32,000 bases of DNA from Synechococcales cyanobacterium (GCA_043787635.1 JAYVUU010000133.1:25575-57574), one strand, 5' to 3'; positions 16,187-24,065 are shown, counted from the first letter of the stretch. Program-made: numbers and translations. The notes: generated by a model from the sequence alone, not told the origin.

Positions 16187-16564
16187 ATGGACCCGATTAC
16201 TTTGGCAACGATCGCGGCAACACTTATTTTGACGAAGGCGATCGAAAAGGTCGGTGAGAAGATTGGGGAGCGGGGAATTAAGGAGGGCGGAAAGCTGGTA
16301 GATGTGTTGCGGCGGAAGGCTCCCGATACGGTGAAACGGTTGGAGGCGGTGGCTGACCCAAATGTGATTGATGCAGAACTGATTGAGGAAGTGCGGAAGG
16401 TGGCGGCGGTAGAACCGGAAGTGCAGGCGGCTGTGACTGCGACGGCTAATGCGATTCAACAACAGTTTGGTGGCGTAACTAATCAGGCTCAACTGGCAGA
16501 GAAGATTGGGATGGTTTTTCAAGGGGGGTATAACCCGGTCACGATTGACAACTTTAATTTTTGA
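16187..16564 (+). CDS. 125-aa helical module with a hydrophobic N-terminal helix and a Gly/Asn/Gln-rich tail; in frame with the downstream NB-ARC gene
   Basis: I take the ATG at 16187 (MDPITLATIAATLILTKAIEK...) as the start; the ORF-track start at 16112 is probably too early. The middle is charged and helical. The tail reads QQQFGGVTNQAQLAEKIGMVFQGGYNPVTIDNFNF. It ends at TGA 16562-16564, in the same frame as 16604-18505. Confidence 0.6.
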   Translation: MDPITLATIAATLILTKAIEKVGEKIGERGIKEGGKLVDVLRRKAPDTVKRLEAVADPNVIDAELIEEVRKVAAVEPEVQAAVTATANAIQQQFGGVTNQAQLAEKIGMVFQGGYNPVTIDNFNF

Positions 16565-16603
16565 CTGAAGCCGTCGATCGGTGCTGCGACAAAGTTAAGC
16601 ATC

Positions 16604-18505
16604 TTGTACGATATTCCGGTTGGGTTGGGTTCTAAGACGTTTGTGGGTCGCGATCGGGCGATGGGGGAGCTGTGTGAGTTGTTGGAGTCGTCGTCGCGGG
16701 TGGCGATCGTGGCGGCTTCGGGAATGGGCGGTGTGGGGAAGACGGAGTTGGCAGCGCAATATGCTAAGAACTCGGAGGCGGAGGGGCGCTATGGGGCGGG
16801 AATTTGGTGGCTGGATGCACGATCGGCGGTGGTGGTGGGGCTTTTGGATCGGGCAAGGCGGATGGGCATTCAGGTGAATGATCAGATTGTGGATGAGGTG
16901 GAGCGGGTTCAGGATTGCTATGGGCAATGGTTGCGAGGGTTGCCTGGTGAGGCGTTGGTGGTGTTTGACAATGTGGAGGATTGGGAGGCGGTGAGGCGGT
17001 TTTTTCCCCGTGATGGTCGGGTGCGGGTGTTGGTGACGATGCGGGAAGACCGATCGGAGAAGGGGGTGCAGCCGTTGCGGTTGGGGGTGTTGTTGCCGTT
17101 GGATGGGTTTCGGTTGTTGGGGGAGGTGAGTGGGGCGATCGATCGGATTACGGTTGATCAATTAGAGGCGGAGGCGTTGTGTGAGGATTTGGGCTATTTG
17201 CCGTTGGCGATCGAGTTGGTGGGTGGGCTGTTGAAGTTGGAGCCGGATTGGTCTGTTGGGCGGGTGCGAGGTGCGTTGACGCGGGAGTTGAAATCGGGTG
17301 CGTTGTCACCTGTGAATGCGGCGATCGAGTTGAGTTGGGTGCAGTTGAGCAATGCGGAACGGCAGTTGTTGGGGATGGTGGCGACGTTTGGGATGGGGGC
17401 GGTGGTGTGGGAGTGGGTGGAGGCGGTGGTAATGAGGAGTGAGGTTCAGGTTAAACCACGGGGACGGATTGGGCGATTTCTGGGACGATCGCCGAGAGCG
17501 GTTCAACAATGGTGTTTTTTATTGGATGATTCGGGTTTAGTTGCGGCGCGGCGGCGGTTGGTGGCGTTGAATTTGTTGGGGAGATCGGGTGAGAATTTGT
17601 ATGGGTTACATCCGTTGGTTCGATCGTTTGTCCGGGGAAAAATGACGACGGAGATTGCGCCGGAGGATGCCATTGGGCGGGCGTTTGCTCAGGTGATGGT
17701 GGCGAAGGCAAGCACGATTCAGCCGACGGTGGTTGTTGCTGAACGGGAATGGGTGGCGCTGGCTGTCCCGCATCTTTTGGAGGTGATGGCAGAGTGGACG
17801 AGAGTATTGGATGAAACAGATAAGACTTGGTGCGGGACTGGACTTGCGAGATTTTATGTGAGCTTGAGTCTTTGGACTGAAGCGGAACGATGTTATGAAT
17901 CGGCGTTGGAAATCAGACGATCGGAATTAGGCGATCGTCATCCCGATACCGCAACGAGTCTGAATAATTTGGCATATTTGTACAAATCAATGGGTGAGTA
18001 CGATCGGGCATTGCCATTGTATGAATCGGCGTTGGAAATCTATCGATCGGAATTAGGCGATCGTCATCCTGATACCGCAACGAGTCTGAATAATTTGGCA
18101 TATTTGTACTCATCAATGGGTCAGTACGATCGGGCATTGCCATTGTATGAATCGGCGTTGGAAATCAGTCGATCGGAATTAGGCGATCGTCATCCCGATA
18201 CCGCAACGAGTCTGAATAATTTGGCAGCTTTGTACTCATCAATGGGTCAGTACGATCGGGCATTGCCATTGTATGAATCGGCGTTGGAAATCAGGCGATC
18301 GGAATTAGGCGATCGTCATCCCTCTACCGCAACGAGTCTGAATAATTTGGCATATTTGTACAAATCAATGGGTCAGTACGATCGGGCCTTGCCATTGTAT
18401 GAATCGGCTGTAGGTATTCTTGAAGACGTTTTAGGACCAGAGCATCCGAATACAAAAGTAATGCAAGGGAATTTACGATTCTTACGGGAGGCGATGGCAA
18501 ATTGA
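16604..18505 (+). CDS. STAND NTPase: NB-ARC domain + winged helix + TPR (TPR_10/12, kinesin-light-chain type) array, with no N-terminal effector domain of its own
   Basis: It has the FVGRD lead-in (16640-16654), Walker A GMGGVGKT (16721-16744), Walker B LVVFDNVED, RVLVTMRE, the GLPL-like LGYLPLAIELVGG, LHPLVRSF, then 42-aa TPR units. Only a TTG (16604) or CTG (16565) start is available upstream of the lead-in. The first ATG is at 16661. Confidence 0.85.
   Translation: MYDIPVGLGSKTFVGRDRAMGELCELLESSSRVAIVAASGMGGVGKTELAAQYAKNSEAEGRYGAGIWWLDARSAVVVGLLDRARRMGIQVNDQIVDEVERVQDCYGQWLRGLPGEALVVFDNVEDWEAVRRFFPRDGRVRVLVTMREDRSEKGVQPLRLGVLLPLDGFRLLGEVSGAIDRITVDQLEAEALCEDLGYLPLAIELVGGLLKLEPDWSVGRVRGALTRELKSGALSPVNAAIELSWVQLSNAERQLLGMVATFGMGAVVWEWVEAVVMRSEVQVKPRGRIGRFLGRSPRAVQQWCFLLDDSGLVAARRRLVALNLLGRSGENLYGLHPLVRSFVRGKMTTEIAPEDAIGRAFAQVMVAKASTIQPTVVVAEREWVALAVPHLLEVMAEWTRVLDETDKTWCGTGLARFYVSLSLWTEAERCYESALEIRRSELGDRHPDTATSLNNLAYLYKSMGEYDRALPLYESALEIYRSELGDRHPDTATSLNNLAYLYSSMGQYDRALPLYESALEISRSELGDRHPDTATSLNNLAALYSSMGQYDRALPLYESALEIRRSELGDRHPSTATSLNNLAYLYKSMGQYDRALPLYESAVGILEDVLGPEHPNTKVMQGNLRFLREAMAN
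17894..18397 (+). repeat. Four near-identical 126-bp tandem units encoding 42-aa TPR repeats (YESALEI.RSELGDRHP.TATSLNNLA.LY.SMG.YDRALPL)
   Basis: Unit starts are at 17894, 18020, 18146 and 18272, so the period is exactly 126. A diverged fifth unit starts at 18398. The array is in frame inside the NB-ARC/TPR CDS. Confidence 0.95.
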
Positions 18506-18523
18506 TCGGTGATTCCAAAGTTT

Positions 18524-18684
18524 AGATCCCCCTAAATCCCCTTTATGAAGTTGCTGTGCATACACAAGTCTGAAACCCGTCATCCGATAGACCCGATCCC
18601 CCTAAATCCCCCTTAAAAAGGGGGACTATGAAATAAGATTTGTTCTTGTTCCCCCTTTTTAAGGGGGCTAGGGGGATCGGACCG
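18524..18684. repeat. MITE-like palindromic repeat (family 1) with about 20-bp terminal inverted repeats, plus a solo terminal copy
   Basis: The core at 18585-18684 is bounded by CCGATCCCCCTAAATCCCCCTT and AAGGGGGCTAGGGGGATCGG. It contains the internal hairpins CCCCCTTAAAAAGGGGG and CCCCCTTTTTAAGGGGG. A solo copy, GATCCCCCTAAATCCCCTT, lies at 18525-18543. A second full copy lies inverted at 26762-26882. Confidence 0.8.
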
Positions 18685-19126
18685 AACCTGAAAACAAAGA
18701 TCTCAACAGTAGCTCTCAACAGCCTCAATTCTGTACTCAACGCCGATCGTTTATAATGGGAACAATTCAAACATTTTGATTCATCATGCAAATTCCCGGA
18801 GAAAAGCAAACCACATCAGTTATATCCCGATCGAACCCGATCGAACAACGACGTGCGATCGCCTACAGCATGGACACCCTAATCCCTGGACTCTACATTT
18901 GGTTCTATGGCTTGCATTTACGTATTGGTGGGTTTAAAGTCAACCCGTGTGATTCAAGGCAGAAGCATTCAAAATAAATGAAAGCATTTTATATTAATTG
19001 AATTTCCCCACTAAAATCCATCTCGCAGCCAATTTGAAAACTAGAACATCTCCGATCGTTGAATCTGAATTTCCCCCATAGCTTAGAGACAAGTTCCCTC
19101 GCAGAAATTTCAGGATCCAACGATCG

Positions 19127-20440
19127 ATGTTCAACAAAATTCGTACCCTAACCCAACGGTTTTTTCGTAAATCCAGCACCCTCAATCGACAATCTCTCAA
19201 TGTCCCAAGTTTGATAGTGATCGTCTTCGTGGATATTTTTATCCTCGCAAACGTCTTTTTTGGACTGAATGACATTAGCAACTGGCATCTCAGCCCCGCT
19301 CAAGCCTATCCCTGCTACAGCCAATGGCAAACCTACCGGGAATCGACTGATCCCAGCAAAGACTACGCCATAGTCCGTCAATCGATCGTCTCCTCTGATT
19401 CAAGCGTAAATTATGGGAGAGCATCCAACCGAACAGAAGCCCCGATCGTAGGCAACTCCACCAGCATTCGCGACCAGTATCAACGCAATCAAATCAATCA
19501 TATCGGGCAAATCTCAGCCCAATGTCTCGACTCCGGAAGCCTACAAGATGCACTACAGAACCCCGAAAACCGGAAAACCGTAGAATCGATCGACAGCAAA
19601 CTCGGAAAAATCACCCAACTCGAACAGACAAACCGCAACATCCGCGCCCAATACGATTCCACCCTGCTCGAAAAAGTTGCAGGTCAACCCCGCAGCCAAT
19701 CCATCAACACAATTAGCGCCGAACAAGCCAAACAAAAAACCGACACCAACAGCGCCACAATTACCCAACTTAAACAGGAAATCACCGAACTCAAACAAAC
19801 CCTCCTCGCCCAGCCCGTCGTCCAAACGCTACTGGTCTATTTAAAAAATCCCGCACCCTTTGAAACGATCGCCGCTCAATATCGCCACGCCTCCTTCTGG
19901 TACCCAAGCATTCAACTAGGTTTCCAAACCTTATTTCTATTGCCCTTAATCCTGACCTCCTACGCCATTCATCGGTTTGCCCTACGCAAAAACTATGGAC
20001 TCGTTGCGCTAATCACTTGGCACCTATTGATCATTGCGACCATTCCAGCATTGTTAAAAGTATTTGAATTTCTACAAGTCGGCGTACTCTTCCAATGGAT
20101 AGCTGACGCGATCGGAACCATCTTCGGCAGCCTGTTATTTTTGGTTTCCTACGCTCAAATCATAATCATTCCATTAGTCGGATTTGGATTAATTAAACTA
20201 ATCCAACGCCTGAGTAAACGCAGCACCAACGCCCAAACCCAAGCCGCCGATCGGATTGCCCAATCCCGCTGTCTACGCTGCGCCAAAAAAATTGGACCCC
20301 ACGATGCCCACTGCGCCCACTGCGGCTATCAGCAATATGCAGAATGTCCCAACTGCCACAGCATGACCCACAAACAAATGCCCCACTGCACCCACTGCGG
20401 ATCACCCACACAATTCAATCCAGAATTACCAAACAATTAA
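19127..20440 (+). CDS. Multi-pass membrane protein with a Q/T/N-rich coiled-coil region and a C-terminal double zinc-ribbon
   Basis: 437 aa. It has an N-terminal TM helix (VPSLIVIVFVDIFILANVFFGL), a polar helical region of about 170 aa, and three or four TM helices. The tail is CLRCAKKIGPHDAHCAHCG...CPNCHSMTHKQMPHCTHCG, which gives four CxxC pairs. I recognise no family. Confidence 0.6.
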   Translation: MFNKIRTLTQRFFRKSSTLNRQSLNVPSLIVIVFVDIFILANVFFGLNDISNWHLSPAQAYPCYSQWQTYRESTDPSKDYAIVRQSIVSSDSSVNYGRASNRTEAPIVGNSTSIRDQYQRNQINHIGQISAQCLDSGSLQDALQNPENRKTVESIDSKLGKITQLEQTNRNIRAQYDSTLLEKVAGQPRSQSINTISAEQAKQKTDTNSATITQLKQEITELKQTLLAQPVVQTLLVYLKNPAPFETIAAQYRHASFWYPSIQLGFQTLFLLPLILTSYAIHRFALRKNYGLVALITWHLLIIATIPALLKVFEFLQVGVLFQWIADAIGTIFGSLLFLVSYAQIIIIPLVGFGLIKLIQRLSKRSTNAQTQAADRIAQSRCLRCAKKIGPHDAHCAHCGYQQYAECPNCHSMTHKQMPHCTHCGSPTQFNPELPNN

Positions 20441-20465
20441 AAAAACACCAGGAAAACAAAACACT

Positions 20466-20536
20466 CCGAAGCCCCCAGAATTGGGGGTTGGGGGCATCCA
20501 GATTTGGGTTAGGGGCATCCAGAATTGGGGGCATCC
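20466..20536. repeat. G/C-run repeat array (family 2): ccgaagcccccagaattggggg followed by three GGGGCATCCAGA(A/T)TTGGG-like units
   Basis: Read directly from the sequence. It sits between two convergent genes. Its first 30 nt or so closely match 6557-6590. Confidence 0.7.
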
Positions 20537-20562
20537 AATCAGTGTATCCCTCAGAATCCGCC

Positions 20563-20952
20563 TCACTCGTCCTCCTCATCACGGTTACGCCGATCGAGAT
20601 CGTAAACGCCACAGAGTAACGTCACCAGAACCCCACCACTAAACACCCAATCCTCACCCAAACTCACATTCACAGCCAAGCTCAACAACGTACCCACCAC
20701 CAAAAATGGCAATACGCTCAAAAGCGATCCATAAAAAGTATTCTGAGCCTCGCGGACTGTTCGAGTACTTTCAAATTCTTCCTTCGTGGCATACAGCGAC
20801 TTCTCAGCATTTCCCATCCAAGCGGCCAACCGATCGGTCAACGCGCCTGCCCATGGCGAAAAGCCCAAATAAAGTGCCATAGCCCACAGTGCCGCCCCTG
20901 CGATGGCACCGGGATCAATCTCAAAGGCAAATGGACCCAGATCAATGTACAT
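20563..20952 (-). CDS. Hypothetical membrane protein with an acidic C-terminal tail
   Basis: 129-aa ORF with hydrophobic segments (GAIAGAALWAMALYLGF, LLSVLPFLVVGTLLSLAV, VFSGGVLVTLLCGV). I recognise no family. Confidence 0.55.
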   Translation of the reverse strand: MYIDLGPFAFEIDPGAIAGAALWAMALYLGFSPWAGALTDRLAAWMGNAEKSLYATKEEFESTRTVREAQNTFYGSLLSVLPFLVVGTLLSLAVNVSLGEDWVFSGGVLVTLLCGVYDLDRRNRDEEDE

Positions 20953-21070
20953 GAAAGACGCGCTGGCTTAATCAAAACGGCATTACCTCAACTATCTTAC
21001 CGGGAGCCGCCCTCAATCCCATCATAGAAATGCCAAAATTAAAGGCATACCTACACTGACGTATCTCTCT

Positions 21071-22312
21071 ATGGTCGCCTCCACTGTTTTAAACTCCCAT
21101 CATCTACAAAATGTTCGCCTCCAAGTCCGATCGCTCCATGCCCAAGTCATCACCTGGCGTAGGCAAATTCACCAGCATCCTGAACTTGGCTTTGAAGAAA
21201 CCCTAACCGCCCAATTCATTACCCAAAAACTAGACCAGTGGGGCATCGACTACAGCGCAGGCATTGCAAAAACAGGCATCGTCGCCACCATTCAAGGCGA
21301 TCGTCCGGGTCCAGTATTAGCAATTCGGGCTGATATGGATGCGCTGCCAATTCAAGAAGAAAATGAACTGGACTACCGATCGCAACATCCAGGTAAAATG
21401 CACGCCTGCGGTCACGATGCTCATGTTGCCATTGCTCTTGGAACCGCCTGCTATCTCGCCGCCCATCGTCATACCTTTTCTGGCACCGTCAAAATTATTT
21501 TTCAACCCGCCGAAGAAGGACCGGGCGGCGCAAAACCGATGATCGCAGCGGGCGTATTGCAGAATCCACAGGTGGACGCAATCATTGGGCTGCATGTATG
21601 GCAACAGTTGCCGATCGGAACGATCGGCGTAAAAGCCGGAGCATTGATGGCGGCAGTAGAAACATTTCGGGTTACGGTGCTGGGGCGCGGCGGTCATGGG
21701 GCTATTCCACAACAGACCGTTGATTCGATCGTGGTGGCGGCACAGATCGTCAATGCCCTACAAACCATTGTGTCGCGCAACATTGATCCGATCGAGTCCG
21801 CCGTCGTCACTGTGGGCGAGTTTCATGCCGGGACGACTTGTAATGTCATTGCAGATACGGCAAGGCTAAGCGGCACCGTCCGCTATTTTAATTCCCAATA
21901 TGCTGACTACTTTCGCCCCCGCATTGAGCAACTGATCTCAGGAGTCTGCGGGATGCACGGGGCAACCTACGAGTTAAGTTACGAGAACTATTATCCACCG
22001 TTGATTAATGATGCTCGGATTGCAGAATTCGTCCGAACCATCGCACTGGACGTTGCGGGCCAGACCGATTCCTTAACGTCTAGCGATCGGGTTACGCCCC
22101 ATTGTCAGACCATGGGCGGGGAGGATATGTCGTACTTTCTGCAAGAAGTACCGGGCTGCTATTTCTTTCTGGGTTCTGCCAATGCCGATCGGGGCTTAAC
22201 CTTTCCCCATCACCACCCCCATTTCAATATCGATGAAACGGCTCTAGCTTTGGGTATGGAATTATTTATTCGTTGTGTCGAGCAGTTTTCGACTAGGACG
22301 ACCCATTCCTAG
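21071..22312 (+). CDS. M20D-family amidohydrolase (N-acyl-L-amino-acid amidohydrolase / hippurate hydrolase type)
   Basis: It has the metal-binding MHACGHDAH, FQPAEEGPGGA, GGHGA and MGGEDMSYF motifs. Confidence 0.88.
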   Translation: MVASTVLNSHHLQNVRLQVRSLHAQVITWRRQIHQHPELGFEETLTAQFITQKLDQWGIDYSAGIAKTGIVATIQGDRPGPVLAIRADMDALPIQEENELDYRSQHPGKMHACGHDAHVAIALGTACYLAAHRHTFSGTVKIIFQPAEEGPGGAKPMIAAGVLQNPQVDAIIGLHVWQQLPIGTIGVKAGALMAAVETFRVTVLGRGGHGAIPQQTVDSIVVAAQIVNALQTIVSRNIDPIESAVVTVGEFHAGTTCNVIADTARLSGTVRYFNSQYADYFRPRIEQLISGVCGMHGATYELSYENYYPPLINDARIAEFVRTIALDVAGQTDSLTSSDRVTPHCQTMGGEDMSYFLQEVPGCYFFLGSANADRGLTFPHHHPHFNIDETALALGMELFIRCVEQFSTRTTHS

Positions 22313-22317
22313 CACCT

Positions 22318-23076
22318 CTAAAACTCCTCCTCAGCTTTTAGCTCGTCATACTTCTGACGCACTGCCTGCATGTCCTGCCAGGTTAACCATTTGGGACTGC
22401 CTTGATCGCGAGATTGATTGCGAAGCAGATAGGAAGGATGAAAAATTGGCATACAGGCGCGTCCTTCCCACTCTCGCCATTGACCTCGGATTTTAGTGAT
22501 ACCGACGGATTTTTCTTGAAATAGTCCTTCGATCGCAGAGGCTCCGGTCATGATGATGATTTTGGGATTCACGAGCCGAATTTGTTCCATCAAATAGGGG
22601 CGACATGCCTGCATTTCATCTTTGCTAGGTTTACGATTTTCAGGCGGACGACATTTGACAATATTGCAAATGAATACGTCTTCCTCGCTCAATTTTACGG
22701 ATTCCAAAATCTTATCAAGAAGCTGTCCAGACTTGCCCACAAAGGGTTTTCCCTGAAGATCTTCATTCTCTCCTGGTCCTTCCCCAATGATTAAAATCGA
22801 TGCATTTGGATTTCCGCGACTCACAACCGCATTAGTTCGAGTGGTACCAAGACCGCACCGTTGACATTCACTACAGTGAACCTGAATTCCATCCATTGAG
22901 TCATAGGTTCCGGCTGGAATTGGGATTTTGCTATTGGTTGGAATCAGGGCTATATCAAAGGTTGCCGGGTCAAAGACTACTGGGTCAGATACGGCGTTTT
23001 TTTTAGTTTTGATTGGTTCTACATCAGGACTATTATCGGTAGCTAGATCAAAGAGGCTAAACTGTTCGTTAGACAT
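22318..23076 (-). CDS. Family-4 uracil-DNA glycosylase (Fe-S type) with an N-terminal extension of about 80 aa
   Basis: It has CSECQRCGLG, GEGPGENEDLQGKPFVGKSGQLL and HPSYLLRN motifs. I prefer the ATG at 23076 (MSNEQFSLF) as the start. The longer ORF to 23145 would overlap the divergent promoter region. Confidence 0.85.
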   Translation of the reverse strand: MSNEQFSLFDLATDNSPDVEPIKTKKNAVSDPVVFDPATFDIALIPTNSKIPIPAGTYDSMDGIQVHCSECQRCGLGTTRTNAVVSRGNPNASILIIGEGPGENEDLQGKPFVGKSGQLLDKILESVKLSEEDVFICNIVKCRPPENRKPSKDEMQACRPYLMEQIRLVNPKIIIMTGASAIEGLFQEKSVGITKIRGQWREWEGRACMPIFHPSYLLRNQSRDQGSPKWLTWQDMQAVRQKYDELKAEEEF

Positions 23077-23174
23077 GACAACGTTTGAGGGGATGGTAGA
23101 TGTTGATGGGTGACTAATTGTACGGGATTTATACCGACTTCTCATTCTGCAATATTTTACAGGAGCAAATCATT

Positions 23175-24065
23175 ATGCCCCCTAGCTATTTAGTTTTTTC
23201 TCAGCATGGCATGGTCGATAGTTATCGCGCCATGGAATCGTTCGCTAAACGAAATTCTGACTCGAATTCTCGGATCATTGCTCCTGATCTTGGGTTTCTC
23301 AATACTTTATTTGACCTTGAAGCGCTGATTGAAACGGTCGAAACGATCGCAATTCGTGAGATTCGGAATAATCCCGATCGTCCTATTCGGATCATTGGGT
23401 GTTCACTGGGCGGAGTGATTTGGACGGAGATTTTGAGCCGACATCCAGAGTGGTGGCAAACAATTGAGTCCTGGGTATTGTTGGGGTCTCCCATTGGCGG
23501 GGCACATTTGGCGAGGATTGTAGACCCATTGGGGTTGATGAGTTTTGCGATCGCACGGGATTTAGGAATTGATCGGCGGCATTTGGCTGAGTCTATTGCC
23601 TGTCAGGTTCCGACGTTGATTGTGGCTGGAGATAGTGATTTCGGTAGTGATGGGACAGTTTTGGTGCAAACGACGAAATTTAGACATGCGCGTTTTGTTT
23701 GTGTTCTGGGTGTGAATCATCCGGGATTACGATTTAGTTCGGCAGTCGATCGGGCAATTCAGGATTTTTGGGCAGAGCATCCGAAAACCATTGTGTTATC
23801 GGAGCCTCGATCGGTGATGGAGACAATTGATAAGTTGCGATCGGTGCCCGGAATGACAGATGCACATCCGAAAGATTTTGATCAATCAAAGCCTATTGCG
23901 ACTCTGAACGATGGAACGATCGTAAGGGTCTGGACTAATCTATTGGGGGTGAAACATATATTTTTAGAAAACGATCGCGGTGAATGTGAGTTTGGCGGTT
24001 ACGTGGGCTGGGTCCACAGTGAGGGACTCGATCGGACCCTTGAGGCTATGGTCCGATCGGGCTAG
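23175..24065 (+). CDS. Alpha/beta-hydrolase-fold protein (lipase/esterase-like) with an extra C-terminal domain
   Basis: I place the start at ATG 23175, with AGGAG 9 nt upstream. It has the nucleophile elbow GCSLGG and candidate Asp (VAGDSD) and His (GVNHPG) residues. The C-terminal roughly 90 aa are unassigned. Confidence 0.65.
   Translation: MPPSYLVFSQHGMVDSYRAMESFAKRNSDSNSRIIAPDLGFLNTLFDLEALIETVETIAIREIRNNPDRPIRIIGCSLGGVIWTEILSRHPEWWQTIESWVLLGSPIGGAHLARIVDPLGLMSFAIARDLGIDRRHLAESIACQVPTLIVAGDSDFGSDGTVLVQTTKFRHARFVCVLGVNHPGLRFSSAVDRAIQDFWAEHPKTIVLSEPRSVMETIDKLRSVPGMTDAHPKDFDQSKPIATLNDGTIVRVWTNLLGVKHIFLENDRGECEFGGYVGWVHSEGLDRTLEAMVRSG

Noticed and set aside
16562-16600. Possibility that the in-frame TGA encodes selenocysteine
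   Set aside because: I could not fold a SECIS-like stem-loop in the 40 nt after the TGA. The local CGATCG is a duplex palindrome, not a hairpin. Cyanobacteria generally lack Sec machinery. Nonsense mutation or leaky UGA-C termination are the simpler options.
16595-17161. 188-aa Pro/His/Gln-rich ORF on the minus strand (with similar ones at 15995-16522, 17306-17509 and 17451-17711)
   Set aside because: These are antisense shadows of the G/T-rich NB-ARC coding strand. They are low-complexity and recognisable NB-ARC motifs fully overlap them on the plus strand.
17894-18397. Tandem 126-bp repeats as a CRISPR array or satellite
   Set aside because: There are no unique spacers. The units are contiguous, in frame, and encode canonical 42-aa TPR motifs inside a long CDS.
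18543-18809. 88-aa minus-strand ORF (contains PLFKGDLGGS)
   Set aside because: It is a translation artefact of the MITE-like palindromic repeat. The same peptide-like strings arise wherever the repeat occurs.
18998-19104. Two imperfect direct repeats (TGAATTTCCCC...CTCGCAG) that might be a degenerate CRISPR or a riboregulator
   Set aside because: There are only two copies. The sub-motifs are spaced differently (67 nt versus 76 nt apart), and there are no cas genes or further units.
16014-19200. A direct repeat of the tRNA-Val 3' end (att site) that would delimit an integrated island
   Set aside because: Only a 7-nt match (AAATCCA near 19015) was found by eye, and no integrase gene is present.
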